Source: Yuukianura sp. NJ FZ-2021
Lineage: Eukaryota
DNA: 64,000 bases
Assembly (NCBI GenBank): GCA_046563655.1
Contig: CM102284.1
Location: 930,001 to 994,000, forward strand
Direction: 5' to 3'
Both the position numbers and the translations under genes were made by a program. Shown piece after piece: positions 11,951 to 22,903 of the stretch. The number at the start of each line of letters is the position of its first letter. The first letter of the stretch is position 1. The notes beneath the pieces were generated by a model, which ran no database searches, was not told the origin of the DNA, and saw only the letters and a program-made list of their open reading frames with translations.

Positions 11951-14371
11951 ATGGATTTCAAAATACTGCTCATTTTAGCTCTCATTACACTTGGTTGCCT
12001 AACAACCGAGTCAACAGTGTTTCAAAATTTAAATTTCTACATAAGTAAGTACAGGGACTGCGGAGTTGTACTCTTGTTGAACTCAACCAACCAATGGGGA
12101 ACCAGCATTCAACCAATCAACGATCCCCTTTACATCAAGACAAGGTACGACAGACACACATTACCCAACTGGCGGAAATCTTTAAAAACGAAACTACCGT
12201 TTTGCCGCGTATTTTTCTTTTTGCTTGAATACATTACTCCTCAAAATTTTGAAACTTCTTTGAAGTTGTTGGAATACATAAACGTAGGTTCATCAAATCA
12301 AAGTGTGACGTTTATTGGGTTCACGATGCACAAACAAGAATCTTTTCAAAATTCATCTTTGAACATTCAAAAGAACAAAGGAACGCCAGATTCCTGTGTA
12401 TTGGTGATAGATTTCTCTGAAGGCCAAGCTCAAATATTGGATGCTAATACTAGCGTCACATACAGGTCAAAGGTCAAGGCCTTTTTAATTGGAAACGCAC
12501 CGCGCAAAAACAAACTTTTCAAAATTCCACTCGTTTGCCGCCTAATTTCTCCTGAAAAATGCTTTATCCGCCAAAAATTGAAATTGCACATCAGGCTTCA
12601 TCGAAACCGTGGCGGTTATTCTTCTTTTTTGATTCGGTCGAAGAATGCTTTTCCGTGTACCTCCGCTGACCAAAATTTGTTTAACATCACAGATTCCATT
12701 GCGCACAAATTTTATGGCCCACTATCCAACGTTCCTATGGCAACCAAAGCCCTATTTGGGAAGAGACGCCCTGGAAAATTTGGCACAATGTTATCATTTT
12801 TCGTGTTTATGGAAATGTTATCAGTCTCAGTTGGTTGCATGCAAGTGCATCCACTTCCATACGTTGAAATGAGCCAAAAAGATTTTTTTGAACATTTGGC
12901 AAAAACCGCTTTTGGTGACGACGATATTAATAGAAAATTTGAAATGAAATTCCCTTCTCAATATGTAAATCCTTTGTTCGATATAGTTCGAACCACGGAG
13001 GTCATTATTGTTGACATGTCAGAAATGGTATTTTCCACTTGCGATGGTATGTCAAAGTCATTTGGATTTGGAATTTACCTCACACCAATGGACAGCATGA
13101 GCTGGATATTCCTAGTTGCCATGACAACCGTCATCATCCCACTTGCTTTCACAGGAACAGCCATGTTCCGGAAATTACGCGGGAAAATAATAGTGAAACT
13201 ATTTTTGAATTCCTTTGTTTCATCGCTCTCCGCCGTTCTTGAAGTTTCTGCTGGCCTCACCGACAAATTTGTGGAAACCTTAAGTCTCGTTTTCTACTAT
13301 CGCTTGGTATTTGGTTCATTTGCTCTTGTGTTGGTGGTAATTGTGAATGGTTACAAAAGCTTCTTTACTGCCAGTATTTTGGCCCCACCGACAGCTACCC
13401 ACCAGTGGGACCTCGTCAATCAGCTCGAAGGATTTTTTATAATTGCTCGGAATTCGTACTTGGCGCTGCTCCTGGGGCGAGGAATGATTGTTCCTTCTTG
13501 TTGTTTTCTTGCAGAATGTAAATGCGAATCTATGGGTTATTTTCGCGGTGTTCGCAAAAGTCGACCAATGTCAGAAGAATGCAAACTGTGCGAAAAATAT
13601 CAAGAACATTTTGCTCATGTGCAACCATATGATGATCCGGTGGTTTCAGCAAATAACTGTGGAAAGGATGCAATTTCATCGAGATGGGATAACTATTTTC
13701 GGTGTATTTCTTTACCTTTAACAGAAATCCTTTCACATTCGCCTTTACAAAAACCAAAATATGTTGTTAAAAACACAGGGCAATTTTTTTCTTCTGCAGT
13801 TCTTGATTTTAACAAAAGTGTTATAACTAATCTTTTGGAAAAATGTGATCGCACAGTTTTGATCGACTATGACTACGCAGTGAAGCACTTTATAGCTGAA
13901 CTACTTTATAAAAAATTGGAAGCCGGTAATATCGAACAAGGCCTACAAGAATTTCCGATTTCAAAACAAAAACTCGTAGGAATGTGGGATCGAGTTATTT
14001 TTGAGCCGAAGTATAGGAGGGGTAGAGCTTACGTTAAAGGAGATTGGGGATTTGAGCACGACAAAATGATACTGAGGATGCACCAACTCATTGAGCATGG
14101 AATTTTTGAAATCTGGCGCAGAAATGATCAGGAGGAAGGAGCAGAGAATTTAGAAAAACACGAACAGGCAATAGCAAGGTACCGAAGTTTGCCGCAAAAA
14201 TTAACTTTGAATTTAAACATGGCGACGGCCATAATTCTATGGGTTGTGTGCGCACTACCATCAGCAATTATTTTTCTCATAGAATATTGCAAAGATGATA
14301 TTGCTATTAAGTTGATAACTACAGCTAAAAAAATTAGCATTAGTTTTTCGTCCATGAAAACGGAATCCTAA
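11951..14371 (+). CDS. Divergent IR-like membrane protein, copy 4 (intronless, 806 aa)
   Basis: Intact ORF with the same signal peptide, TM block and C-terminal motifs. Confidence 0.75.
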   Translation: MDFKILLILALITLGCLTTESTVFQNLNFYISKYRDCGVVLLLNSTNQWGTSIQPINDPLYIKTRYDRHTLPNWRKSLKTKLPFCRVFFFLLEYITPQNFETSLKLLEYINVGSSNQSVTFIGFTMHKQESFQNSSLNIQKNKGTPDSCVLVIDFSEGQAQILDANTSVTYRSKVKAFLIGNAPRKNKLFKIPLVCRLISPEKCFIRQKLKLHIRLHRNRGGYSSFLIRSKNAFPCTSADQNLFNITDSIAHKFYGPLSNVPMATKALFGKRRPGKFGTMLSFFVFMEMLSVSVGCMQVHPLPYVEMSQKDFFEHLAKTAFGDDDINRKFEMKFPSQYVNPLFDIVRTTEVIIVDMSEMVFSTCDGMSKSFGFGIYLTPMDSMSWIFLVAMTTVIIPLAFTGTAMFRKLRGKIIVKLFLNSFVSSLSAVLEVSAGLTDKFVETLSLVFYYRLVFGSFALVLVVIVNGYKSFFTASILAPPTATHQWDLVNQLEGFFIIARNSYLALLLGRGMIVPSCCFLAECKCESMGYFRGVRKSRPMSEECKLCEKYQEHFAHVQPYDDPVVSANNCGKDAISSRWDNYFRCISLPLTEILSHSPLQKPKYVVKNTGQFFSSAVLDFNKSVITNLLEKCDRTVLIDYDYAVKHFIAELLYKKLEAGNIEQGLQEFPISKQKLVGMWDRVIFEPKYRRGRAYVKGDWGFEHDKMILRMHQLIEHGIFEIWRRNDQEEGAENLEKHEQAIARYRSLPQKLTLNLNMATAIILWVVCALPSAIIFLIEYCKDDIAIKLITTAKKISISFSSMKTES

Positions 14372-14617
14372 ATTCAATTTCACACTAATGAATAAAAAAT
14401 AACCGAAGCACGAATCACATTTTATCGCTTCAAATCAAACATTCTGCACCAATTCTTGAAAGTGTAAAACTACTTTTTCTTCAGAAAAATATACTTCAAT
14501 TTAAGAACTTCGCAATCTACAAAAAAAAAAACAACTTCTTTTGCCATTAGATTTTGAGGCCTGAAGAAAAAATGTATTGCATTCACGGGTCACAAACAAG
14601 AATCATTTCATAGAATG

Positions 14618-14900
14618 TCATAGAATATTTGAAAAATGTTGTTAGTAAGTTGATAACTAAAGTTGAAAAAATTAGCAGTAGACAAGGCCCAATGAAAACG
14701 AAATTAAAAATGCACTTTCGACGCTTTTCAAGTAGCAAAAGAAAACATTTTAGCACTTGAATTAAAATACGCTACACATGAGCTATCCTTGTGATGAAAA
14801 AACTACACTTTTTTTTCGGAAAAAGTACATTTCAATCCGTGAACTTTAAAATTTGTGAGATAGCATCTTCTTTTGCCACTCAATTTAATTAGTTATAACG
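14618..14900 (+). pseudogene. 3' remnant of a deleted IR-like copy (last codons plus 3' flank)
   Basis: tcatagaatatttgaaaaatgttgttagtaagt matches the end of copy 3 (~11146 onward) and is followed by the homologous downstream flank. Confidence 0.7.
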
Positions 14901-15117
14901 TATTCTGCTAATTTTTTAGACAAAAATTTGTGCCTATCGTGTTTTAGTGCTGGTTCATGACTTGTTCCTTTAGTTGCATGCATCACGAGCGTTCGACCTC
15001 AAAACTTATGCAAACATCTTATTTGAAATGTTTTTTTTTTGTAAAAACAGAAACTATTTTCATATGCTTTCCGTGATTACGACAATTTTTTTTTAAGAAA
15101 TCGAAAAATGTATATCT

Positions 15118-15903
15118 AACTAGGATCTTCGGTGGCCTGCGGCCACCGAAAGATCCTAGTCTGTTGCGTACGTACCAGTTTGACGGACTATTTGTACAAA
15201 AAAACGATATCCCAATCGATAAATTAACAAAAAGATCGACCAAAAACAAAATTGGGTACAATTAGTTAGTATTTAGCTCACTTCAACCCGTGTGTTGTAT
15301 AAAAGGAGCAACTTGTCATGCGCACAGACGGTGGATGCGCAGCATGCACCCATCATGCAAATCTGAGGAGTGCGAAGGGTCCGGCCTTTAGCCAGACCCT
15401 GCTGAGGAAGAGGACACGAACACACACAGAGGGTTGAGGATAACTCCCCCTTATGTAGAAGATTGGTTATCATTATCAAACTACAAACGGTACTTCTTTT
15501 TCCGTTAACATGCTTTGGCGGTACAAATATGAATTAAAATAAAATCTGTTAAAAAAAGAGAACAACGACATAGTACAAAGTGTACTTCAACCGTCTTTCA
15601 GATGAAAAGTTCTTTTCCGAGGAATAGTCATCCACAAACTTCCCGGTCAGAAAGACGTTATGTCACCCTGATTGTACCCCGAATTGTACATGTGGTTGGT
15701 TTGCCTAACCTAACACTAAATCGATTAAAGTAGGAGCTAAGTTAGGTAACTCAACAAATTATGGAATGTATTTGATTGTTCAGTTGACATACAGTGTGGT
15801 TTAGTAAGAAGTATTAGTTGAAGGGAACAATGACACAGTACAGTGTGTACGTCAGCCTTCTCTAATGCTTTTGGGCCTATGGCCAGACTGACAAACATCT
15901 TGT
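15118..15903. mobile_element. Helentron-associated (HINE/DINE-1-like) non-autonomous insertion upstream of IR-like copy 5
   Basis: Absent from the homologous upstream region of copy 4 (~11800). Starts with a near-perfect hairpin actaggatcttcggtggcc-tgc-ggccaccgaaagatcctagt and ends with a short stem-loop (ggcctatggcc). Family call is tentative. Confidence 0.5.
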
Positions 15904-16032
15904 AATATGTATATGATATGAAGAACTCACGAACATATCTACATATCTCAAACTTATTATTTTTGGCAGTCCTTGCTCTGCTCGCCACCGAAGAACGCCT
16001 TGGCATGCTAATCTCCGTAGTTAAGTCGAGTA

Positions 16033-16936
16033 CGTATTTTCCCTAATAGTACACCATACCTAAATAGTACACCAGGTCCCTAATAGTACACCAGGTCCAG
16101 GGCCCGAAAAATTAATTAGTACACCGTCCCAAATAGTACACCAGGTCTCTAATAGTACACCGGGTCTTTGGTAATACACCCAAGGAGTATGCCCAGTGTT
16201 GCTGTATGCTTAAACATCCAGTGGCTTAATCCATCCGGATATCCAATAGACTAAATGGGGTTGTAGTGGACGGTAAATGCAACAAATTAAAAATTCAGCG
16301 GAGTTCAAATAAATTTAAGTTAACTATTATAAAATAATTTATTTGCATTTTAAACCGTCTCTTGATATGCGCACCCATTGACGAAATATCGAAAAAGTGG
16401 ATTTCCAGCAACTCTGAGTATACGCCTACTGGAAAAGTTTGGCTATATTTAATTAAATTTTACAGTGTTGGTGGATGGATAAAATACTTCTTCCACTTCC
16501 CTCGAAAGTAGTGATATATCCGGATTTTCTTGGTTTCTTCCGGACGAAACTCAATTTCGTCCATCTGAAACTGGATTTCATCCGGATTTATCCATTTATC
16601 CAGTGGATATATCTTGGACGAAATGCTCAAAAAGTGGATATCCACCAACACAGTGATTAAATACAACAGAAATAACATTAATGTTCTTTCTATCTTGTTC
16701 CTACACAACCAATTCTACAAAATACACATCATTTACAGGCTTCTTTAAAATTTTTACAAGCAAAATTCGAATATTTCTTGCGTAATTTCAATGAGAGGTT
16801 AGTAAAAAATAATAAGCTTTTTGGAAAAAAGAATTATTACACCGTCCCTAATAGTACACCAGGTCTCTAATAGTACACCACCCCCAGAAGTCGAAAACAA
16901 AATTAGTACACCAGGTGTATTATTTGGGAAAATACG
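16033..16936. mobile_element. Tc1/mariner-superfamily (pogo/Tc2-like) MITE with nested hAT MITEs
   Basis: TIRs cgtattttccctaatagtacacc / ggtgtattatttgggaaaatacgg, TA target duplication (empty site gagTAcat in copy 4), internal aatagtacacc repeats. Ends ~42 bp upstream of the copy 5 ATG. Confidence 0.8.
16194..16653. mobile_element. Two adjacent hAT-type MITEs of the cagtgttg family (~16194-16416 and ~16463-16653)
   Basis: Termini cagtgttgctg...tccagcaactctg and cagtgttggtggat...atccaccaacacag with many ggatatcc motifs. Same family as 55873-56279 and 60240-60633. Confidence 0.6.
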
Positions 16937-16978
16937 GTACATAAAAAACACTAATAAACAGTCCAAATATTCTGCAAG

Positions 16979-19450
16979 ATGGATTTCAAAATTCTGCCCA
17001 TTTTAGCTCACATGACACTAGGTTGCTTAGCAACCGAGCCAACAGTGTTTCAAAATTTAAATTTCTACATAAGCAAGTACAGGGAATGCGGAGTTGTACT
17101 CTTGTTGAACTCAACCAACCAATGGGAAACCAGCATTCAACCAATCAACGATCCTCTTTACATCAAGACAAGATACGACATAAACACACTACCCAACTGG
17201 CGGAAATTTGTAAAAACGAAACTACCGTTTTGCCGCGTATTTCTCTTTTTACTTGAATACATTACTCCTCAAAATTTTGAAACCTCTTTGAAGTTGTTGG
17301 AACACATAAACGTAGGTTCATCAAATCAAAGTGTGGCGTTTATTGGCTTCACGATGAACAAACAAGAATCTTTTCAAAATTCATCTTTGAACATTCAAAA
17401 GAAGAGAGGAACGCCTGATTCCTGCTTATTGGTGATAGATTTCACCGAAGGCCAATGTCAAATATTGGATGCTAATACTAGCGTCAAACACAGGTCAAAG
17501 GTCAACGCCTTTTTAATCGGAAACGCACCACGCAAAAACAAACTTTTCAAAATTCCACTCGTTTGCCGCCTAATTTTTCCTGAAAACTGCTTTACCCGCC
17601 AAAAATTGAAATTGCACATCAGGCTTCATCGAAACCGTGGCGGTTATTCTTCTTTTTTTATTCGGTCGAAGAATGCTTTTCCGTGTACCTCCGCTGACCA
17701 AAATTTGTTTAACATCACAGATTCCATTGGGCACAAATTTTATGGCCCACTATCCAACGTTCCTATGGCAACCAAAGCCCTATTTGGAAAGAGACGTCCT
17801 GGCAAATTTGGCACAATGTTATCATTTTTCGTGTTTATGGAAATGTTGTCAGGCTCAGTTAGTTTCGTTCAAGTCCATCCGGATCCATACGTTGAAATAA
17901 GCCAAAAAGATTATTTTGAACATGTGGCAAAAATGTCCGTTCGTGGCAAGAATATTTTTACAGATTTTGAAATGGAATTCCCTTCTACGAAATCCGTAAA
18001 TCCTTTGTACGAAAGCGATCTAACCACGGAGGTCATTATTGTTGACGTGTCAGAAATGGTATTCTCCACTTGCGACGGTGTGTCAAGGTCACTTGGATTT
18101 GAAATTTACTTTACACCAATGGACACCATGAGCTGGATGTTCCTAGTCGCCATGACAACCGTCATCATCCCACTTGCTTTCACAGGAATGGTCGTATTCC
18201 AGAAATTAGGCGGGAAAATAATAGTGAAACTATTTCTAAATTCCTTCGTCTCATCAATGTGTGCCGTTCTTGAAATTTCTGCTGGTCTCACTGACAAACT
18301 TGTGGAAACCTTGAACCTCTTGCCCTACTATCGCTTGATATTTGGTTCATTTGTTCTTGTGTTGGTCGTAATTGTGAATGGATACAAAAGCTTTTTCACT
18401 GCCCTTATTTTGGCCCCACCGAGAGCTACCCACCGGTGGGACCTCGTCAATCAGCTCGAAGGATTTCTTATAATTAATCAGAATTCGTACTTGATACTTG
18501 TCATCCAGCAAGAAATGATTGCTCCTTCATATTGTTACCCTGTAGCATGTAAATGCGAATCTATGGGTTATTTTCGCGGTGGCGGAAAGTTTCATATAGT
18601 GCTCAACAAAACTCGACCAATGTCAGAAGATTGCAAATTGTGCGAAAAATATCAAGAATATTTTGTTCATGTGCAACCTTATGATGATTCGGCGGTATCA
18701 CCAAATGACTGTGGAAATGATGCAGTTTCATCGAGATGGAATAACAATGTTCGGTATTTTTTCTTACCTTTAACAGAAATTCCTTCACATTCGCCTTTAC
18801 AAAAATCAAAATATGTTGTTAAAAACACAGGGCAATTTTTTTCTTTTGCAGTTCTTGATTTTAACACAAGTGTAGTAACTAATCTTTTGGAAAAGTGTGA
18901 TCGCACAGTTTTGATCGACTATGACTACGCAGTGAAGCACTATATAACTGAACTACTTTATAAAAAATTGGAAGCCGGAAATATCAAACAAGGCCTACAA
19001 GAATTTCCGATTTCAAAACAAAAACTTCTAAGAATGTGGGATCGAGTTATTTTTGAGCCGGGGTATCAACGGGGTGCAGCTTACGTTAAAGCAGGTTGGG
19101 GACCTGAGCACGACAAAATGATACCAAGGATGCACCAACTCATTGAACATGGAATTTTTGAAATCTGGCGCAGAAATGATCACGAGGAAGGAGCACAGAA
19201 TTTAAAAAAACACGAACAGGCGATAGCAAGGTACCGAAGTTTGCCGCAAAAATTAACTTTGAATTTAAACCTAGTGACGGCCATGATTCTATGGGTTGTA
19301 TGCGCACTACCGTCTGCAATTACTTTTCTCATAGAATATTGGAAAGATGATGTTATAAAGTTTATAACTACAGCTAAAAAATTAGGATTAGAATTCGTCC
19401 ATGAAAAACGGAATCTTAAATTCAATTTCACACTAATGAATAAAAAATAA
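16979..19450 (+). CDS. Divergent IR-like membrane protein, copy 5 (intronless, 823 aa)
   Basis: Intact ORF, closest to copy 4 in the N-terminal and S2-like regions. Confidence 0.75.
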   Translation: MDFKILPILAHMTLGCLATEPTVFQNLNFYISKYRECGVVLLLNSTNQWETSIQPINDPLYIKTRYDINTLPNWRKFVKTKLPFCRVFLFLLEYITPQNFETSLKLLEHINVGSSNQSVAFIGFTMNKQESFQNSSLNIQKKRGTPDSCLLVIDFTEGQCQILDANTSVKHRSKVNAFLIGNAPRKNKLFKIPLVCRLIFPENCFTRQKLKLHIRLHRNRGGYSSFFIRSKNAFPCTSADQNLFNITDSIGHKFYGPLSNVPMATKALFGKRRPGKFGTMLSFFVFMEMLSGSVSFVQVHPDPYVEISQKDYFEHVAKMSVRGKNIFTDFEMEFPSTKSVNPLYESDLTTEVIIVDVSEMVFSTCDGVSRSLGFEIYFTPMDTMSWMFLVAMTTVIIPLAFTGMVVFQKLGGKIIVKLFLNSFVSSMCAVLEISAGLTDKLVETLNLLPYYRLIFGSFVLVLVVIVNGYKSFFTALILAPPRATHRWDLVNQLEGFLIINQNSYLILVIQQEMIAPSYCYPVACKCESMGYFRGGGKFHIVLNKTRPMSEDCKLCEKYQEYFVHVQPYDDSAVSPNDCGNDAVSSRWNNNVRYFFLPLTEIPSHSPLQKSKYVVKNTGQFFSFAVLDFNTSVVTNLLEKCDRTVLIDYDYAVKHYITELLYKKLEAGNIKQGLQEFPISKQKLLRMWDRVIFEPGYQRGAAYVKAGWGPEHDKMIPRMHQLIEHGIFEIWRRNDHEEGAQNLKKHEQAIARYRSLPQKLTLNLNLVTAMILWVVCALPSAITFLIEYWKDDVIKFITTAKKLGLEFVHEKRNLKFNFTLMNKK

Positions 19451-19709
19451 CCAAAGCACAAAGCACACTTTGTCGCTTCAAATCAATATTCTGCACTAAT
19501 TCTTGAAATTATAAATCAACTTTTTCTTCGTAAAAATTAATTTCAACTGATGAACTTCCCAGTCTACAAAAAAAAAAAAACAAGTTCTTTTGCCACTCGA
19601 TTTTGAGGCCTGAAGAAAAAAATTTGTATTTTGCATAGAGTTGGCGATTTCAATTTTTTCTTTTTAACTAGAGTGGACATTTGGCATTTTTAAAACAAAA
19701 TTGTTGAAG

Positions 19710-20200
19710 CAAATGATCATGAGGAAAGCGAAAGGGAATTAAAGAATTATGAACAGACTATAGCGAAATACCGAAAGTTGCCGCGCAAATTGACTTTGAA
19801 TATAAACCTAGGGACGGCCCAAGGTAAATAGAATACTACTAGGTAGTGCGAATGGGAACTTTGTTTGGTTGCCATGTCAAAAAAAATGACGTCACTCGCT
19901 GAAAAATACCGGAATTCTGCTCATTATTGATGGTGTCCTAGGGTGTCCTAGAGAAACCCGTATGACACATTTTGTTTACATAGATGCCAGCGGGTTCCAT
20001 TTTCACGATTACGGTATTTTTTCAGCTGGTGACGTCACAAACAAAAATTGCGTTGGTTGCTATGGGCGCCATTTGCAGGGGGCTGAGGACGGCCATGATT
20101 CTCTGTCCTGCATTTATTTATACAACATGCAGCAATTATTTTCGTCATGGAAAACTGGGAAAATATTGTTAAAGCGAAAAAATTTAAAAAGTTAGTAGTA
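19710..20200 (+). pseudogene. C-terminal remnant of another IR-like copy, split by an insertion
   Basis: Encodes ..YEQTIAKYRKLPRKLTLNINLGTA, then resumes (gccatgattct..gcaattatttt) after 20094 with indels. Confidence 0.75.
19820..20086. mobile_element. 267-bp insertion with an 8-bp target-site duplication
   Basis: ggacggcc at 19812-19819 and 20087-20094. Internal inverted pair tgacgtcactcgctgaaaaataccg / cggtattttttcagctggtgacgtca. No clear terminal IR. Confidence 0.7.
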
Positions 20201-20593
20201 TAAGTCATGCAACGAAACACTAAAATGCACTAGCTGAACCTTCGAAGATGAATAACCACACATTTTAGCACTTGAAATAAAGTATTGTGCGCAATAACAA
20301 TTCTTGTGATTCTAAACCTAAACTTTTCATTTGAAAAATAAACACACACGAAAAAAAAATCCACATTTTTCTCATTCAAAACTTAATTTCATAAATTTTT
20401 GCAAAATTTTGAAACCTGAAAGTTGATAGAGGCTTTGCGAGGAGAATTCGAAAAAGTAGCAGCATATTCATCTCAATTTTGTATGTGTTGTCGAATTTTA
20501 CTTTTGACAGAAGTTGACATCAAAATAAAATTTTTCACAAATGCCAATTTGTCTCAAATCTGTCCAATAAAACTACTAAAATTCTCCTGTTTT

Positions 20594-22903
20594 TCATGCA
20601 ACTGACGACGACTTCTTTTGACTCATGACGCGAAGACAAAACTTTTTCTCAACTCCACCTTCGAGTGTGTTGGGCACAATAACGTATTTTCCCGGTTTCA
20701 GCGTAAATCCAAGCGTGTAGCTCTTCATTGCCGTCGGAGGAGCTTGCGTATGTCCCACCGGAAACACTTCCTTATGACTCCGGAAGTAGTCTGCGTCGTA
20801 GTTCCTTGCATCATTCGCCTAAAACCACAAATTTCATATAAAATGTTACAAGTTTAATAAAATATAATATAAAATAATACAGAATATCATGAGTTTCGAC
20901 AACTTCACCTCAAACAACCGAATGCAAAAACACTCCCCGTCGTCCAAGTCCAAAAGCAGTTTTTGCTGAACAGTCACCGACACAATGAGGACACAAAGTC
21001 CTCCAGCGTCGGAATCAAGTTCCACTGGATAGTACGGACTTTGGTCCGGATGTTCTAAAAAAAAAACAAATTTTGTTAACTTTTTTTTTTTTTTAAACTT
21101 TTTCAAAAAGTAGTTTCAAGGTCACTGACCCCATCCCCCTGCAGTTCGTTTCTCATTACTCCACTCATCATAGTACTGCCTAAACCTCAACTGTGAACTC
21201 GGCTGACTGATCAATTCATGGTCAAAGTAAGTCGCCGAAGAGAGGTCACAGAAGTGATGCAAAAAGTCATCAAAAGACATCCAGAATTCACCGTCCTCTT
21301 TTTCAATCATGTCAAGCGACCGCTTCTGTCGGACACTCACGCACTTCCAAAGTGAAGAACTGTCACACCACGACCCCGTCCACTCCGTATTGCCCCAAGG
21401 ATTGCGCAGACGCAGCAACTTTACTGGCTTGTCATGCCCACTCTCGTCTTTCATCGTCACTGTCTTGGCTCCGGTGATGGAATAAGCATGGTTTGATACA
21501 ATACCGTTCTGAAATAAGTTGATAAAATATAAATATACCATATTTATCGGCGTATAACGCGCACAGGCGTATAACATGCACTGAGATATCATTTGAAGAA
21601 GTCTCTAAAATAAGGCTAATTTTGCCCATTTCTGTAGTTTGGAACTGTGGAAACGGCAGATAACGCGCGCATTATACGCCGATAAATAGGGTAATTGATA
21701 AAATTGAATTAATTAATAATTAAAATAGTATATTTAATTATATTAAATGTGTAATTTACTCCGGGTGTCCTGGAAGTAGCTCCGTTGACACTGTCTTTGC
21801 CAAGCCAGGCGACAATGTCTTGAAAAAGATGCGTGGGAACTCCATTGTCGAACATGACGCATTCACCAAATCCTCCAGTAAGTGCCTCCAGAGCGTACAT
21901 TGGAACGTTGGAGGCAATGTTGCAGTAATTTCCATTGAGTCTAAACAAAAATATGTAATAATATATAAATTATTTTATGTTATTATAAAAAAAAACTTAC
22001 TTGGCAAAAGCTTTCTCCACCAGCATTGGCCAGAACTCAGCTTTGCCATCGTTGATGAAAAAGTTGCAGCCAAGGATGTTGTACTTCTCACCGACGACGA
22101 AAACCGGAATAAAGTCGTCCACAACCAAGTCAACCCAGACACCTTGGTACCAAAACCTGAAATCAAAATTATGAAAAAAACTTAGAATAAAATTTTGAAA
22201 AAGTTTTGAATTTTTAGAAATTTGGACTTCTAAGTACCGGAAATGATACACTCCAGAGTCGTTGGTCGTGTTGTCCTTGGGAATGACCATTTTAATAAGT
22301 GATTTGACCATGCTCACTGCTGACAACGAGCATAAAAACCAACAGTCGCCAGTCAACCCCTGTTGAATGTCCATCCGACCAAGAACTTTTCCAACGTCGC
22401 CACATTTGAAACACGGTGTATATTTTCCTTTGTGCATCTTCTTACAGAGCTCCTAGATACAAAAAAAAAAACAACAAACAAAAAACTTGAGTTTTAACCC
22501 AAATTTTTATCAGTTTTTTTTTTGAAAATCGTTTGCCGTGATTCGAATCCAACTCGTGCGTCCATTCCACCCTTCGTTCCTCCATCCCTGGACCATATCG
22601 GCCACGTCCGGATTGGCAGTATCCAGCAGTTGGTCGATGCTGCCAATACTTTCTTCGGAGTGCGGGAACTCTGGATCTTGGTAAATGGCGCCATCGTACT
22701 GTCGGAGTAGATCTGGATACGACTGGGTCTGCCGGTAGATACTGCGCAGGTCCGTCAGCTTCTCCAGTTCTGGGTCTCCATACTGTTTAGAAAAATTACA
22801 AAAACGAAACAAAAATTTTGTTCAAAATGTTATTTGTAATGAAAGAAATATTATTTTTAAATCTTACATAGTAGACGTTGTTTCCGTGAATTGAGTAGGC
22901 CAT
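20594..22903 (-). CDS. Atypical calpain (CysPc catalytic domain plus calpain III/C2L domain, no penta-EF-hand), about 8 exons
   Basis: Catalytic triad motifs QQGLTGDCWFL, NHAYSITG and LRNPWG; also WVDLVVDDFIP, EFWPMLVEKAFAK, DGEFWMSFDDF; domain III end LKPGKYVIVPNT..FCLRV then stop at 20596-20594. ATG at 22903 opens a 36-bp exon. Confidence 0.88.
21538..21691. mobile_element. 154-bp pogo/Tc2-like MITE in a calpain intron
   Basis: TIRs ccatatttatcggcgtataa / ttatacgccgataaataggg, flanked by TA on both sides. Confidence 0.8.

Noticed and set aside
1670-19450. Bacterial or viral origin of the long intronless ORFs
   Set aside because: Signal peptide, TM layout and motifs fit divergent arthropod ionotropic receptors, which are commonly intronless.
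2625-19461. Recurrent antisense and alternate-frame ORFs inside the receptor genes (MRPAETSRT..., MRRRVKVTW...)
   Set aside because: They recur only because the underlying DNA block is near-identical between paralogs.
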